The position numbers were made by a program, and so were the translations under genes. The notes under the pieces are model-generated. The model made no database searches and was not told where the DNA came from. It saw nothing but the letters and a program-made list of their open reading frames with translations. This document shows, piece after piece, positions 33,486 to 43,788 of a DNA stretch of 55,566 nt. Source of the stretch: an uncultured Candidatus Saccharibacteria bacterium (GTDB taxonomy: Bacteria > Patescibacteriota > Saccharimonadia > Saccharimonadales > AWTP1-31); NCBI GenBank assembly GCA_903946795.1, contig CAJAXB010000073.1, positions 1 to 55,566 on the forward strand, written 5' to 3'. Numbering within the stretch: the stretch's first letter is position 1; each line of letters opens with the position of its first letter.

Positions 33486-34618
33486 GATGTAGTTTTTTTC
33501 TTGATAGCAATTGCTTTCTTATACATCCGTTCGTATTGGTCTACAATTTTTGGAAAGTCAAACTGCTTTACGTATTCACGTGACCATTCATGCATCAGGT
33601 CGCGCATATCTTCATCAAAAAGTAGCAGTTCAAGCCGCTGTGCAAAATCTTCAATATTTTTAGGATTCACTAAACTCAACTTACCCTTACCCGTAAGAAC
33701 ACCGCTATATCCTGGATTATTACCAGCAACGATGACCGCTCCAGCTGCCATTGCTTCGAGGAGTACGATGCCAAAACTTTCGCCGTAAATTGCAGGACTA
33801 CAGTAAACATCTGCTTGTTGCATAAGTCGCACTTTTTCTTCGTCCGTAACAAAGCCTACAAACGTAACATCAGGGATAGCATACTTTTCGACGCGTGCTT
33901 CGAGACTTTCCCGTAAGCCCCCATCGCCAGCAATTGTGAGTGTGACGTCAGAATACGTTTGTCTGAGTAGCGCATACGCGTCGAGCAGATATTTTATACC
34001 TTTTCGTTTTTCGAGGCGTCCAATAGCAACAATAGATTTCTTCTTAGAAGGTACTCGTTTCTTTTTTGGCAAATAATCTTTAATGCGAATACCATTCGGT
34101 ACGATATCAATCTCTCGATCAGGTCCGTACGTAAGGGCAGCTTCTTTAGCAACCTCAGATACTGCTGTAACAACGTGCAAACGGGGTTCAATATACTTAG
34201 CAAACGGCATCATTAGTTTTTCAAAAGATTTACTGACCATGCTTTCAGGCAGTGTTGCATGCATGGTGCCAACGTTAGCTGAAGTAGACTTACCAATAAT
34301 CTGCATGCTCAGCAGTGGAATGCCTGGTTCGTGATAATGAATAACATCAAACTTTTCACGTTCCAGAACATCTTCTATAGCGTCGCCGGACTTGCTCATA
34401 CTGAGATCTGCTTTGGTAGCAAACGGAGTTTGAAATTCAGTAGAGCCTCCGATCATAATAATATTGGCTTCGATCTTGGTAGGTACTTTTTTAGGGCGCG
34501 GTATAATAATTCGTACGTAATTACCTCGTGCAGTCAGTTCAGTAGAGAGTTCACGAATACAGGCTTGGACACCACCAGGGCGAAAATAGTTATACGGACA
34601 AACTAAAGCAATACGCAT
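33482..34618 (-). CDS. Glycosyltransferase family 4 (GT-B)
   Basis: MRIALVCPYNYFRPGGVQ and GESFGIVLLEAMAAGAVIV. It overlaps the downstream GT4 start by 4 nt. The ATG at 34618 is preferred. Confidence 0.8.
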   Translation of the reverse strand: MRIALVCPYNYFRPGGVQACIRELSTELTARGNYVRIIIPRPKKVPTKIEANIIMIGGSTEFQTPFATKADLSMSKSGDAIEDVLEREKFDVIHYHEPGIPLLSMQIIGKSTSANVGTMHATLPESMVSKSFEKLMMPFAKYIEPRLHVVTAVSEVAKEAALTYGPDREIDIVPNGIRIKDYLPKKKRVPSKKKSIVAIGRLEKRKGIKYLLDAYALLRQTYSDVTLTIAGDGGLRESLEARVEKYAIPDVTFVGFVTDEEKVRLMQQADVYCSPAIYGESFGIVLLEAMAAGAVIVAGNNPGYSGVLTGKGKLSLVNPKNIEDFAQRLELLLFDEDMRDLMHEWSREYVKQFDFPKIVDQYERMYKKAIAIKKKTTS

Positions 34619-34653
34619 ATGCAAACTATTATAACGTACTTCGTGGTGATGGC

Positions 34654-35601
34654 TTATTTTCTGGTGTCGTTGAGCGACCGTGCGTTAAGGATTCGGCGCA
34701 ATTGAGTCGGTATCAACGAGCTGGCTTCTTTGGCATTTGCTATGACCGTTGGAGCATGTTGTTTCATATGTGCATGTATGACAGTAACTTTGGAATAGAT
34801 CACATTGAGATGCTGTTCAACCATATGATTATTAAAGTACCGATCTTCTGCAACTTGCAGGTGAATAACAGGCATACTAATCTGTTCCTTGCAGAGATCA
34901 AGGGTAAACATACTGACAGCTGTGTCCATGTAGGTGCGAATATCGTTAATCTGCCATAACGTTATTTCGAAATCTATACGGCGGTTACGTTCCTCTATAT
35001 CAGCATCCTTCATTTTAACGTGTGTATCTGCCATACGTTTATAAGTCATGCGAATAAAAGAAGGGCGCAATGCGACATGTTTTACGAACAGTGCTGGCAG
35101 ATAGTTTGAAAAGAAGCTAGCTCCATAGCGCAAAAAGAGAAAGTTCTTTTTCTTAAAAATAAATTCTTCATGATTCACAAAGCCAACAATACTCACGACG
35201 AGTTCAACACGATTTACTAACTCGGGGAAGCGCTGCAACATACGCGTTACAATGGCAAAGCCAAGTGACATTCCAAGAATTGTTACTTTTTTGCGCCGAT
35301 ACTTCATTTTAATAAACGCGGCAAGGTAGTCGGCCATGTTATCTATGGATGGCTTTTCGCCAATCTTATAGAACGCATCCATGCCACCGCAACCGGGAAG
35401 ATCGGGCACGGTTACAGCCCCATATCGGTTCAACGTTTCTGCAATACCAAAGATACGTTCAATACTTGCGTGCATGCCGTAAATAAGTAAAATTTCACGT
35501 TTCTTATTTTTCGGTGCAGGCAGATGGAGCATGCGCCCATGAAGACCGTTCATGGTAAGTGGCGATATAAATTCAGCTGGATCAGTTACTTTTTTTGTCA
35601 T
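34654..35601 (-). CDS. Alpha/beta-fold hydrolase
   Basis: HG-type oxyanion region (LLIYGMHAS) and nucleophile elbow GMSLGF. Confidence 0.65.
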   Translation of the reverse strand: MTKKVTDPAEFISPLTMNGLHGRMLHLPAPKNKKREILLIYGMHASIERIFGIAETLNRYGAVTVPDLPGCGGMDAFYKIGEKPSIDNMADYLAAFIKMKYRRKKVTILGMSLGFAIVTRMLQRFPELVNRVELVVSIVGFVNHEEFIFKKKNFLFLRYGASFFSNYLPALFVKHVALRPSFIRMTYKRMADTHVKMKDADIEERNRRIDFEITLWQINDIRTYMDTAVSMFTLDLCKEQISMPVIHLQVAEDRYFNNHMVEQHLNVIYSKVTVIHAHMKQHAPTVIANAKEASSLIPTQLRRILNARSLNDTRK

Positions 35602-35676
35602 TACTCCTTAAAATGTACTTCATAACAGAGAAAAAGCCAAGTTGAAAAAGTACTTTCGGGTATACTACAAGTAGAC

Positions 35677-36399
35677 ATGAAAACAAGAAAAATCAATCGT
35701 CCATTATTCTTTGTCATCCTTTTTCTGGTATGCATGTTTCCACTCCGCGGTACAATCTTACGTATTGCCGATGAGCGAAGCCAGCAAAAAGGAACAAAAG
35801 GTCTTAATACATCTCTGTACAGCACAAGCAAACCAGGGAGCATCTGGTGGATCGTTAATAAGAATCGATCTCTTCCTCCTGGATATGTACCACCAAATCT
35901 TTCCATTCCTAACGTAACACTACGCCTAGATCGAGATAATGAATCTATGAAAGTTAACAGCTCAATTACAAAAAACATTGAAGAAATGTTCGCAGCTTCA
36001 GAAAAAGCCGGTAATCCATTACTTTTTGCGAGTGGCTATAGGTCTGAAGAATACCAACGGCAACTCTATCAAAGCTACACTGAGCAGGGCGGTCAAGCGT
36101 TTGCAGATAAGACCAGTGCTAAACCAGGGACCAGCGAGCATCAGACTGGATACGCGTTTGATGTATGCGAACTCAACAAAGACTGTGTTCTTGAAAAATC
36201 ATTTGCAGATACAAAAGCTGGCATATGGCTCAAAAATAATGCACACAAGTACGGCTTCATTATTCGCTATCTAGATGGCAAAGAAAATGAAACGGGGTAC
36301 GACTACGAACCATGGCACCTACGATACGTTGGGGCTGAGCTGGCAACAGAACTGCACAACAGCAACCGTACAATGGAAGACTTTTTTGGGTTGAAGTAA
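35677..36399 (+). CDS. VanY-type D-alanyl-D-alanine carboxypeptidase (peptidase M15B)
   Basis: An N-terminal TM helix, SGYRSEEYQ, SEHQTGYAFD and EPWHLRYVG. Confidence 0.85.
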   Translation: MKTRKINRPLFFVILFLVCMFPLRGTILRIADERSQQKGTKGLNTSLYSTSKPGSIWWIVNKNRSLPPGYVPPNLSIPNVTLRLDRDNESMKVNSSITKNIEEMFAASEKAGNPLLFASGYRSEEYQRQLYQSYTEQGGQAFADKTSAKPGTSEHQTGYAFDVCELNKDCVLEKSFADTKAGIWLKNNAHKYGFIIRYLDGKENETGYDYEPWHLRYVGAELATELHNSNRTMEDFFGLK

Positions 36400-36402
36400 A
36401 GC

Positions 36403-37650
36403 TTACCAAAATCGTATAGCACGCTTTAATTTCCAAGCGAAACTTGGCTGCTCTATTTTTTCTGCTAATATTGCTTGTCCGGTAGTTTTCGATCCAACTT
36501 TCACTGCGCCCACTGTTTGGCCTTTGTCGGCAGGAATCTTTATGTCATCGAGCTGCACTTCAGCCTGATATTTCGTGCCGGCCCAGCCGTAAGCGCTCAG
36601 TGCATTTTGAGAAATGACATTCACCTTACCTTGCCACGGCACATCATAGAATCCTACTTTCTGATTTGCTTGTACAACAGTGCTCTGTACGTAATTCTGT
36701 TCTAACGATTGTAGGAGCGGTATTGAATCAGCCATTGCCTTTGGTTTATCTGGCGCGCCAAGGATTGCAGCAATAAGTGTCTTTGTCGTACCGTCGGGCA
36801 TAGCACGAGTTGCAGATACTATATAACACCCGCCAGCTTGGTCGGTAGTACCAGTCTTTATGCCATTTATGCCATTACGTCCAAGTAAAAAGTTCGTGGA
36901 AGTAATTTCGCCCTGAACTGGAATCGTTGCACGTTTCATGCCGACAATTTCAGAGAGAACGGGATCTTCCATTGCGGCACGACCAAGAAGCACAAGATCA
37001 CTCGCAGTACTTTTAGTCGTTGAGTTAAATCCACTTGGATCAGTAATGGTTGTATTCTTCATTCCGAGAGACAGTGCAAGTGTGTTGGCATACTCGTTAT
37101 ATTGCCGTACTGAACCAAAAGCCCAAGTTGCAATAGTTTCTGCCATGTTATTTGCAGAAGGGAGCATCAGCGCCTCAAGTGCTTGGCGCTCGGTAATTGT
37201 TTCCCCAATCGCAACCTTAACAACTGACCCATCTTGAGAAACGTATTTATCATAAATGTCGACATCAGCAATGGTAAGGGTTATCGTTGGACCTTGCTCA
37301 TTGGGTCCAAGAGGTTTTTTACGGAGTACCGCAAGTGCTGTTAATGTCTTTGCCGTGCTGGCAATTGGTCGAGGCGCCGTTTCGGGACTGGAACTCAAAA
37401 GTCCGCTGTCTACAGATCCTACTGCAGATTGACCATAGGCAGGCCAGACGACATTCATTGTGCCACTGACGGCAGAAGGAGCAGATGGCAATGCTTTTAC
37501 TGCCGGTAAGGGCATAAAGAGACGAACGACAATGAGTACTAGATAAGCGAAAAGAACGATAATAAGAAACATAATACCGGTACGACTCAACGAGCGATTT
37601 TTTCTACGCTTTGGCGTACGAGAATAGTTTCGATGTTCAATAATATGCAT
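36403..37650 (-). CDS. Serine-type D-Ala-D-Ala carboxypeptidase (PBP5/6-like, peptidase S11)
   Basis: SxxK (IASTAKTLTA), SxN (PSANN) and KTG (GIKTGTT) motifs, plus an N-terminal TM anchor. The ATG at 37650 is preferred; a GTG at 37701 is possible. Confidence 0.85.
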   Translation of the reverse strand: MHIIEHRNYSRTPKRRKNRSLSRTGIMFLIIVLFAYLVLIVVRLFMPLPAVKALPSAPSAVSGTMNVVWPAYGQSAVGSVDSGLLSSSPETAPRPIASTAKTLTALAVLRKKPLGPNEQGPTITLTIADVDIYDKYVSQDGSVVKVAIGETITERQALEALMLPSANNMAETIATWAFGSVRQYNEYANTLALSLGMKNTTITDPSGFNSTTKSTASDLVLLGRAAMEDPVLSEIVGMKRATIPVQGEITSTNFLLGRNGINGIKTGTTDQAGGCYIVSATRAMPDGTTKTLIAAILGAPDKPKAMADSIPLLQSLEQNYVQSTVVQANQKVGFYDVPWQGKVNVISQNALSAYGWAGTKYQAEVQLDDIKIPADKGQTVGAVKVGSKTTGQAILAEKIEQPSFAWKLKRAIRFW

Positions 37651-37776
37651 ATGCGTTACACACCTACTATACCAAACTGTACGTGTAACAAATGGTAACA
37701 CCTTAAGAGCATTGTCAGAAACTTGATTTTACGTTAAAATTGTTCTGTTACATTGACCACATGTAGCATTGCATAA

Positions 37777-37851
37777 TAGGGCGTCGCCAAGTGGTAAGGC
37801 ACCAGTTTTTGGTACTGGCATTCGGGGGTTCGAATCCCTCCGCCCTAGCCA
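37777..37851 (+). tRNA. tRNA-Gln (anticodon UUG), CCA encoded
   Basis: Acceptor tagggcg/cgcccta (U1-A72), discriminator G. Anticodon stem ccagt/actgg with loop ttTTGgt. T-loop GGTTCGAATCC. Confidence 0.9.
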
Positions 37852-37908
37852 CGAGCTCATCAAAGATATGAGCTTTTTAATTCTGTCATCATAATCTATA
37901 CTTAAATA

Positions 37909-38448
37909 ATGGCACAAGAACTGTTTGATAAAGTAGATGAACTCGATAATGTAATTGGTGTAACGAATAAACAAGAAGCGCACGACAAGGGTTTTATTCA
38001 CCGCGTAGCTGCAGTATATGTATTTGATACGAAAGGTAATCTATATGTCCAAGATCATGTAAAGGCAGGGCTTCTTGATCATAGCGTTGGGGGTCACATT
38101 GCAAAAGGAGAATCCTATCAAGAAGGCGCGACTCGTGAAGCACGAGAGGAACTTGGTATCTCAGATCCTGTAGAACTACTAGATGTCTTTTACTCTGACG
38201 AAACATATACGGGATCAAATTACCGACACATGTTTGGTTTGTTTACATGCACACCAAATCCCAGTTGGCGTTTTAAGCCTAATGATGAGGTTCACAGTAT
38301 ATTTCCAATGAGCATAGAAGATGTTGTTAAACAAATGAATGAGAGTCCGCAATCTTTTACTCCTGGTTTTTTAAATACAATGGAACAATTTATTAAAATA
38401 AAGAGTCTTAATCTTTCTCTAGATCTTGGTAGTTATAAAAATGCCTAA
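37909..38448 (+). CDS. Nudix hydrolase
   Basis: A perfect Nudix box: GHIAKGESYQEGATREAREELGI (G-x5-E-x7-REUxEExGU). Confidence 0.85.
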   Translation: MAQELFDKVDELDNVIGVTNKQEAHDKGFIHRVAAVYVFDTKGNLYVQDHVKAGLLDHSVGGHIAKGESYQEGATREAREELGISDPVELLDVFYSDETYTGSNYRHMFGLFTCTPNPSWRFKPNDEVHSIFPMSIEDVVKQMNESPQSFTPGFLNTMEQFIKIKSLNLSLDLGSYKNA

Positions 38449-39107
38449 TTTTTTATAAGGTGCGCTTTAAGTACCGAGCGCTTTCCCGTATTTTCATTTT
38501 TGATATCGTGAGAAATTTCATCTTCCTTTTTTAAGCCATATGAATCTGCAATATTATAAAACATGGCACTAGATAATAATGTCATTTCAAGACCTTCCAT
38601 GGTCTTAACTGTCCATGGCTCATCATCATTTGGCACACGATAAGACTCATCCCATGCATAATTTGTAAAAATATTCATACTTAGAAGCCCACCTTTTTTC
38701 ATAACACGGGAAACTTCAGATATTGCCATTTCATAGTTTTCTATAGACTTCGCTTGGTGCAATACTCCAGTTGCAATAACAACATCCATTGATTCAGCCT
38801 TAAGTGCTAGATTTTCAATACTCAGTTGAAAATATGATGCGTCAAGGCCAAGCCTCCCTAAGCGACGCTGTGTATACGAAATCATACTATCATTGCGATC
38901 AACGGCAACAAGATTATATCCGCGAGATGCCAATAATTCAGAGTGTCTACCGCCGCCGCAACCCAAATCCAGTGCCTTTATACTTGAGGTATCTATGCAT
39001 CGATCAAATATATCTAAGCGACTCTCTATAGCCGGATCTGCAGGTTTTTCTGCAAAATAATCAATAATGTTGTCATTATTCCAAAAAAAATTTTCTGCAG
39101 GATTCAT
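38445..39107 (-). CDS. Class I SAM-dependent methyltransferase
   Basis: Motif I ALDLGCGGGRHS, acidic post-I VAVDRN and motif IV-like VVIATGVLH. Confidence 0.8.
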   Translation of the reverse strand: MNPAENFFWNNDNIIDYFAEKPADPAIESRLDIFDRCIDTSSIKALDLGCGGGRHSELLASRGYNLVAVDRNDSMISYTQRRLGRLGLDASYFQLSIENLALKAESMDVVIATGVLHQAKSIENYEMAISEVSRVMKKGGLLSMNIFTNYAWDESYRVPNDDEPWTVKTMEGLEMTLLSSAMFYNIADSYGLKKEDEISHDIKNENTGKRSVLKAHLIKN

Positions 39108-39170
39108 ACATCACATATATAATAGATTGTTTCTATTGTCAATAAAACCGTACTATGCTTTAATTTAGCC

Positions 39171-39737
39171 ATGAGTTACGAAACAATACACTTATTAACT
39201 GGCAACGAGGATAAGTTACGTATTGCCAAAAATATATTTGGTGAATACGGAATTAATGTTGAAAAATCCGACATTAATATTCCCGAGATCCAGGCAGAGA
39301 CCAGCAAAGAGGTTGCATCGTATGCTACAAAAATTGCATTCCAAGAGTTAGGCGTTGCGGTACTTAGAGAGGATCATAGTTTTTATATTGACGAACTAGG
39401 CATACCCGGTCCGTTCATGGCCTACATGGATAAGACAGTAAGTGTTGAACAACTCATCAAAATAACTGATACTCTCAAAAGTCGTGATGCGCACTTCGAA
39501 ATTGCAGCATCTTATGTAGATATTAATGGCAATAATTTTGAATGCTCTTATGATGTACCCGTCACAATAGCTAACGCCCCTCGTGGTGATAATAAGCTCA
39601 ATTGGGAACGTGCAATGATATTACCTGGATCAGTAACTACCTTTGCAGAAACAGATAGTAGGACACGCGATCACCTATGGTCCCAAAACTATCATTCAAT
39701 TGCTCACCATATCATTGAGAGAACAACTGAATACTAA
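39171..39737 (+). CDS. Ham1/RdgB-family non-canonical purine NTP pyrophosphatase (ITPase-like)
   Basis: LLTGNEDKL, PEIQ, REDHSFYIDELGIPGPF and APRGDN blocks are present. The usual C-terminal SHR motif was not seen. Confidence 0.65.
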   Translation: MSYETIHLLTGNEDKLRIAKNIFGEYGINVEKSDINIPEIQAETSKEVASYATKIAFQELGVAVLREDHSFYIDELGIPGPFMAYMDKTVSVEQLIKITDTLKSRDAHFEIAASYVDINGNNFECSYDVPVTIANAPRGDNKLNWERAMILPGSVTTFAETDSRTRDHLWSQNYHSIAHHIIERTTEY

Positions 39738-40426
39738 TCACTTTGCTTCCAATTGTTGACTATATTGACCAGTTTAGTTTTTGCATAATCTAAAGTAGAA
39801 TTATTTAATATAGTATGATGAGCATGGTTCTTGATTCCATGTAAACCCATGGCAACTTCATCGTCCAATATCTTTCTAAAATCTTCATGACTAAGATTAC
39901 TAAGATTTTCTCGAGATTTATAACGATCGTATAGTGTCTCATAGTGTGCATCAATGTACACAATTTTGTGATCAGAAGGTTCAATTGCGTCTAGGATAAA
40001 TTCTATGCCTTTTAGCGATCTACTACCTACAAGAATAAGACCATTGGTCGGAGCACTGTTATAACTTGGTTGTATTTCATTTACAAGTAGCTCATCTGTA
40101 AAGTTATCGCCATAGATAGCCTCCTTGCCCATAATCCACCTGCCTAAGCTTAAACCCGAATAAGCTTTCCTATGACTTTCCCTTATTATAGGACCAAGGT
40201 CGTGTATAGCATGTTCAGATGAATTAAAGCCAGAGTGTACAACCGCACTTTTTCCTGATGCGTGAGGACCTGTAACGAAAAGTAGTCTGCGTGAGTTCCA
40301 TTCTGAAAGTTCTGAGTTATCTATAGCGACTTCTGTATTCGCATCCTTGTTGATATCTAAAGGTACAATATATCTCGCTTCTTGATCATATGTTTCGTTG
40401 GGGTTTTTAGGCTCTAGTTCACTCAT
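39734..40426 (-). CDS. P-loop nucleoside/nucleotide-kinase-like protein; last gene of the six-gene operon
   Basis: Walker A FVTGPHASGKSAV, Walker-B-like LILVGSRS, and a lid-like YDRYKSRE. A ~45-aa acidic N-terminal extension. It overlaps the upstream gene by 8 nt. Confidence 0.6.
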   Translation of the reverse strand: MSELEPKNPNETYDQEARYIVPLDINKDANTEVAIDNSELSEWNSRRLLFVTGPHASGKSAVVHSGFNSSEHAIHDLGPIIRESHRKAYSGLSLGRWIMGKEAIYGDNFTDELLVNEIQPSYNSAPTNGLILVGSRSLKGIEFILDAIEPSDHKIVYIDAHYETLYDRYKSRENLSNLSHEDFRKILDDEVAMGLHGIKNHAHHTILNNSTLDYAKTKLVNIVNNWKQSD

Positions 40427-41507
40427 ATTCTTTTAACTCTACTATATACTTTTCATTATGGATAATAGCATCATATGTTTCGAGACCTACATTTTTAAAA
40501 ATTGAGCTTACATAGTTTACATCCCTGGTGAGGGCAAAAAATCCAGGCCCCACAGATGATAAAGAGAGAATATCAAATTTTTCGCTAGTATTATAGTCTT
40601 GTAGTTTTGAGGCAATATCATTCATTGGAGGGTATACAAACGAACAGTTCTTTATACTGCCCATTTTCCATCTATAATCAAAGATTAAATTTTTCGCTTT
40701 TTCCAGATTTCCAAACGCTAAGTCCGGTAATACATCATGTAACATCCTATACGCGATTGTTTTTGAATAAATTTTTCCAGTACGACTAAATCCGTCCATA
40801 TTCTCTTCTTCTTTTTTTAATAAGAGTTCAGAATCAGGATGCGTAAAGTTCTTAGGTACACCAATGACGACGTGATATTCTTTAGGCAATGAAACAGTTG
40901 CTATTGGCGTAGCTTCACCCGCTAAAACGATTAAACCTCCTACAAAGTTGCCACAAACTGCTGAACCACCTAAGCATTGCACTGGTGTTAAATTATTATG
41001 ATCTTTCTTGATTTCTTCTCCATGATTTTGCGCACAATATCTACTAATATCTATAGGGCTCATAGGTAAATCATAAATCTCATTTATTGCTGTAGCTACA
41101 CTTGCTATGGTTGCACTACTAGACCCTAGCCCGCAATGCCGCAAGTCGAGATCAGTTTCCACCTTCACATTAAGACTATCGGAAAAATTTAATGCCTTTC
41201 GCATGATTATACAGGCGTGTAAAATGAGCGGCTTTCGACTTGAAGTAGCATCAATATGTATGTTCTTTTTACCATCTTTAACAATTTCAATGGTTACTGT
41301 TTTATAAATTCCGACGCAAAAGTCAATTTGACCAGCTTTGTATACAAGATTGTTGTTAGATGTAATTTTAGAGGGATCCAGCGCCATTGCCTCTAAGCGT
41401 GAGGGGTACCGAATGACAATTTTCTTGTATTTGGGCGTGGCTTTTAGCGTTTTAGAATACGGGTTAAACACGGTTCCTACTGGAAATTTTTTAAAATTTG
41501 TTTTCAT
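40419..41507 (-). CDS. GHMP-kinase-superfamily protein resembling beta-ribofuranosylaminobenzene-5'-phosphate (beta-RFAP) synthase / C-glycoside synthases
   Basis: The N-terminal YPSRLEAMALDPSKI resembles the PSR[IL]H..L.DL motif I recall for the MptG family. It does not match the N-motifs of Gal, mevalonate or homoserine kinases. GHMP motif II-like HCGLGSSSATIASVATAI is present. It overlaps the upstream gene by 17 nt. Confidence 0.5.
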   Translation of the reverse strand: MKTNFKKFPVGTVFNPYSKTLKATPKYKKIVIRYPSRLEAMALDPSKITSNNNLVYKAGQIDFCVGIYKTVTIEIVKDGKKNIHIDATSSRKPLILHACIIMRKALNFSDSLNVKVETDLDLRHCGLGSSSATIASVATAINEIYDLPMSPIDISRYCAQNHGEEIKKDHNNLTPVQCLGGSAVCGNFVGGLIVLAGEATPIATVSLPKEYHVVIGVPKNFTHPDSELLLKKEEENMDGFSRTGKIYSKTIAYRMLHDVLPDLAFGNLEKAKNLIFDYRWKMGSIKNCSFVYPPMNDIASKLQDYNTSEKFDILSLSSVGPGFFALTRDVNYVSSIFKNVGLETYDAIIHNEKYIVELKEYE

Positions 41508-42564
41508 GCTCAGTTAATTCTTCTATCATGGATTCAGTCTTAAAGAGTAAGTGATCTAAGATCGTTGGTTTAAATGATCCACTACCTACTGAATCGTGAG
41601 ATCTAATTTTAAAATTATTATCTGCAACCCGTTTATGAGGATAACGAAATTTACGAATTGCCTTCAATGTTGAAGCTAATGTTTCATTAATTACTAAATT
41701 ATTAATGTTTCTTGAAAAAGTCAGTATACTTGTGTCGTTATTTTTCCTACTAAAGGATTGGATTAATTGACGCTGGTTAAAGTCAAGATACTCAATATTT
41801 TCAGTGAAATAGTCTTGGTACACATCATCCTTATTGTCTAGACCCCAAATCATCCTTTCAATACTCAATAACTGCATTTGGGCACCGCCTGCTCCCATGA
41901 ATTGACGACCATTGATGGTTAAAGGTTCAAAATATGGACGAAGAATGTTTGTGAAAAAACTTGGGCTGACGCTTCGATGGACGTCAACGATAGATTGAGT
42001 AGCCACATTACATCCTCGTGCTACTTCTTCAAGTGCGCTGGAGATTTCAATTACAGAACTTTTTTCAAATGAAACATCGCTTAGTATATTTGATGAGACC
42101 TCAAGTGCTAAAGAGGATTGCTTAACGGCGCTTATGAATCTCTTTTCTTCATTTGAACCCGTAAATGTTCTTAATCTATCGTTGGCTGGGTTTGCCAGGC
42201 CGTATGTATATACAGTACCCCGAGGTATCGTTTGCGCTCGTAAGGCCAGCCTTACTAGAGAATGGCCTAACTTTTTTGTAGATTGAAGTGGATCTATGTT
42301 GTGACGCAATAACGATGAAGCAAGAAAATCGAGATCCCTTAAAGCAGCGACGGCGTCAGTGTCGGTAATTTTATCGGTAATTTCATCATAGTTTGAAATG
42401 GCAATATCAAGACTTAATTGTATAGAATCGGTATCACCGCTAAGATTCTGCTCAGGCAATGCAGCAATGTAACTATCAAGACTAAGGGGGTCTTTTTCAG
42501 AGATTACATTATAGAACTGAATTGATGGTAATAATTGCTCATGCGTTATCATATTGTTATGCAT
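41491..42564 (-). CDS. Tryptophan-2,3-dioxygenase-superfamily-like (heme-dependent aromatic oxygenase-like) protein
   Basis: ILRPYF...GAGGAQMQLLSIERMIWG parallels TDO FR..L.PASGFQS.QFR..E...G. FRYPHKRVADNNFKIRSHDSVGSGS parallels WR..H..MV.R.IG...GTGGSSG, which includes the proximal-His position. Confidence 0.45.
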   Translation of the reverse strand: MHNNMITHEQLLPSIQFYNVISEKDPLSLDSYIAALPEQNLSGDTDSIQLSLDIAISNYDEITDKITDTDAVAALRDLDFLASSLLRHNIDPLQSTKKLGHSLVRLALRAQTIPRGTVYTYGLANPANDRLRTFTGSNEEKRFISAVKQSSLALEVSSNILSDVSFEKSSVIEISSALEEVARGCNVATQSIVDVHRSVSPSFFTNILRPYFEPLTINGRQFMGAGGAQMQLLSIERMIWGLDNKDDVYQDYFTENIEYLDFNQRQLIQSFSRKNNDTSILTFSRNINNLVINETLASTLKAIRKFRYPHKRVADNNFKIRSHDSVGSGSFKPTILDHLLFKTESMIEELTEHENKF

Positions 42565-42622
42565 TACATAACGTAAATATTACGTTATAGAAAGACATAA
42601 AGCAATTATTTTATCTTGGAAT

Positions 42623-43165
42623 TTATTTTTCAGCAGCCTTTGATAGTACTTCGCGTATTAGCTCGCCCTTGCTGACACCTCTGCGGCTAGACTGGATGTT
42701 TAAAAATTCGTCGATCTTACGAGTACTCATAAAGCTTGTTCGGGATGTATTCATATGTTTTTCTGAAAATTTAATAAAATTTTTTATAATTTTTTCAATA
42801 TTTTTTTCATTATATGCTTTTATTTTTATGAGCCTTGAAGGACTATGTAACAGTACTGAGCCAGGCTTAGCCGATCGATCCTCATGATACAAATAGAGAC
42901 AAGGTTTATGATGATTTAATGCATGAGCTAACTCAAAGCCTAATGTTTGGCTTGCTCGACTCATTTCCCCTATAAAAATATCTGCTTTAACAATATTTTC
43001 TGCAACTTCCGTAAAGTCTGAAGTTATTACTGAACTCTCTGGATTATATATATTCTTATATAGCATAGTGGAGAGGTGAGACAATATTTTTGGAATTACC
43101 TCACATGTTAATTCATCTTGACCATGATTACTGGATCCTGAAGCGGCAGAGTAGTATATGTTCAT
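42623..43165 (-). CDS. DNPH1/Rcl-, MilB/BlsM-like nucleotide N-glycosidase (nucleoside 2-deoxyribosyltransferase fold) with an extra C-terminal domain
   Basis: N-terminus NIYYSAAS (cf. IYFCGS). ADIFIGEMSRASQTLGFELAHALNHHKPCLYLY aligns by eye with DNPH1 ADVVVAEVTQPSLGVGYELGRA....K.ILCLF, including the catalytic Glu position. About 60 extra C-terminal residues end in a helix-rich, ribbon-helix-helix (RHH)-like segment. Confidence 0.6.
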   Translation of the reverse strand: MNIYYSAASGSSNHGQDELTCEVIPKILSHLSTMLYKNIYNPESSVITSDFTEVAENIVKADIFIGEMSRASQTLGFELAHALNHHKPCLYLYHEDRSAKPGSVLLHSPSRLIKIKAYNEKNIEKIIKNFIKFSEKHMNTSRTSFMSTRKIDEFLNIQSSRRGVSKGELIREVLSKAAEK

Positions 43166-43179
43166 AAATATATTCTGAT

Positions 43180-43788
43180 TTAGGAACCAGTGCTTTCTTT
43201 AAAATTTCTTTCAGCTTTAATTATTACTGACATATTAGTCTGGTCAATGTGCAATCGTCCTCCCAGATCTTCACCTACATCAATCATAACTACGTCATTA
43301 CCCCTTGAGCGCACATCATGCATGCTTGCTGGCTTAAAGCCGGAACCACATATTTTTTTATACATATCAATATACTTATAATGTAATTCTTTTTTTACAC
43401 TTACGTCTGCAACATTATATGCATCTTTAAAAGAGAAGGGTATATACTCCTCAACCAGCGTAGCTCCATCAACTGCGTAAAGTTCTGGGAATAGCACACC
43501 ATTTTCGGTTAAAATACTTCGCCTATCTAGCCATTCATGCATTGTCTCTTTGGGACACATTTTTATGCATGATTTAGCGATTAAGTCATGCCTTACGCCA
43601 TCCTGTTGCAAAATAGAAAATGTGGCAATGTAAGTTTCTGAACCTCCAGGCTTCCACCAATTAGTAACTTGTATTGTTTCGCCATCATTCAGTCTTAATA
43701 TATCAGCGGTTCGTGGACCAAGAAGGTAACCGGGTTCATATTCCGGATTTCTTGACCCAGGATCCATAATATTATGCCTTCTGTTCAT
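43180..43788 (-). CDS. Small atypical kinase-fold protein (RIO/Kdo/APH-like catalytic loop)
   Basis: Beta3-Lys-like LIAKSCI, hinge LVEEYIP, and catalytic loop plus metal loop MHDVRSRGNDVVMIDVGEDLG (H-D-x4-N ... ID.G). It overlaps the ndk-like gene by 17 nt. Confidence 0.45.
   Translation of the reverse strand: MNRRHNIMDPGSRNPEYEPGYLLGPRTADILRLNDGETIQVTNWWKPGGSETYIATFSILQQDGVRHDLIAKSCIKMCPKETMHEWLDRRSILTENGVLFPELYAVDGATLVEEYIPFSFKDAYNVADVSVKKELHYKYIDMYKKICGSGFKPASMHDVRSRGNDVVMIDVGEDLGGRLHIDQTNMSVIIKAERNFKESTGS

Noticed and set aside
35601-35978. A 125-codon minus-strand ORF and the overlapping frames 35711-35917 and 35978-36274.
   Set aside because: They overlap the VanY-type carboxypeptidase gene, which has diagnostic SEHQTGYAFD and EPWHLRYVG motifs.
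37729-38001. A 90-codon minus-strand ORF.
   Set aside because: It runs straight through the hand-folded tRNA-Gln (37777-37851) and into the Nudix gene start.
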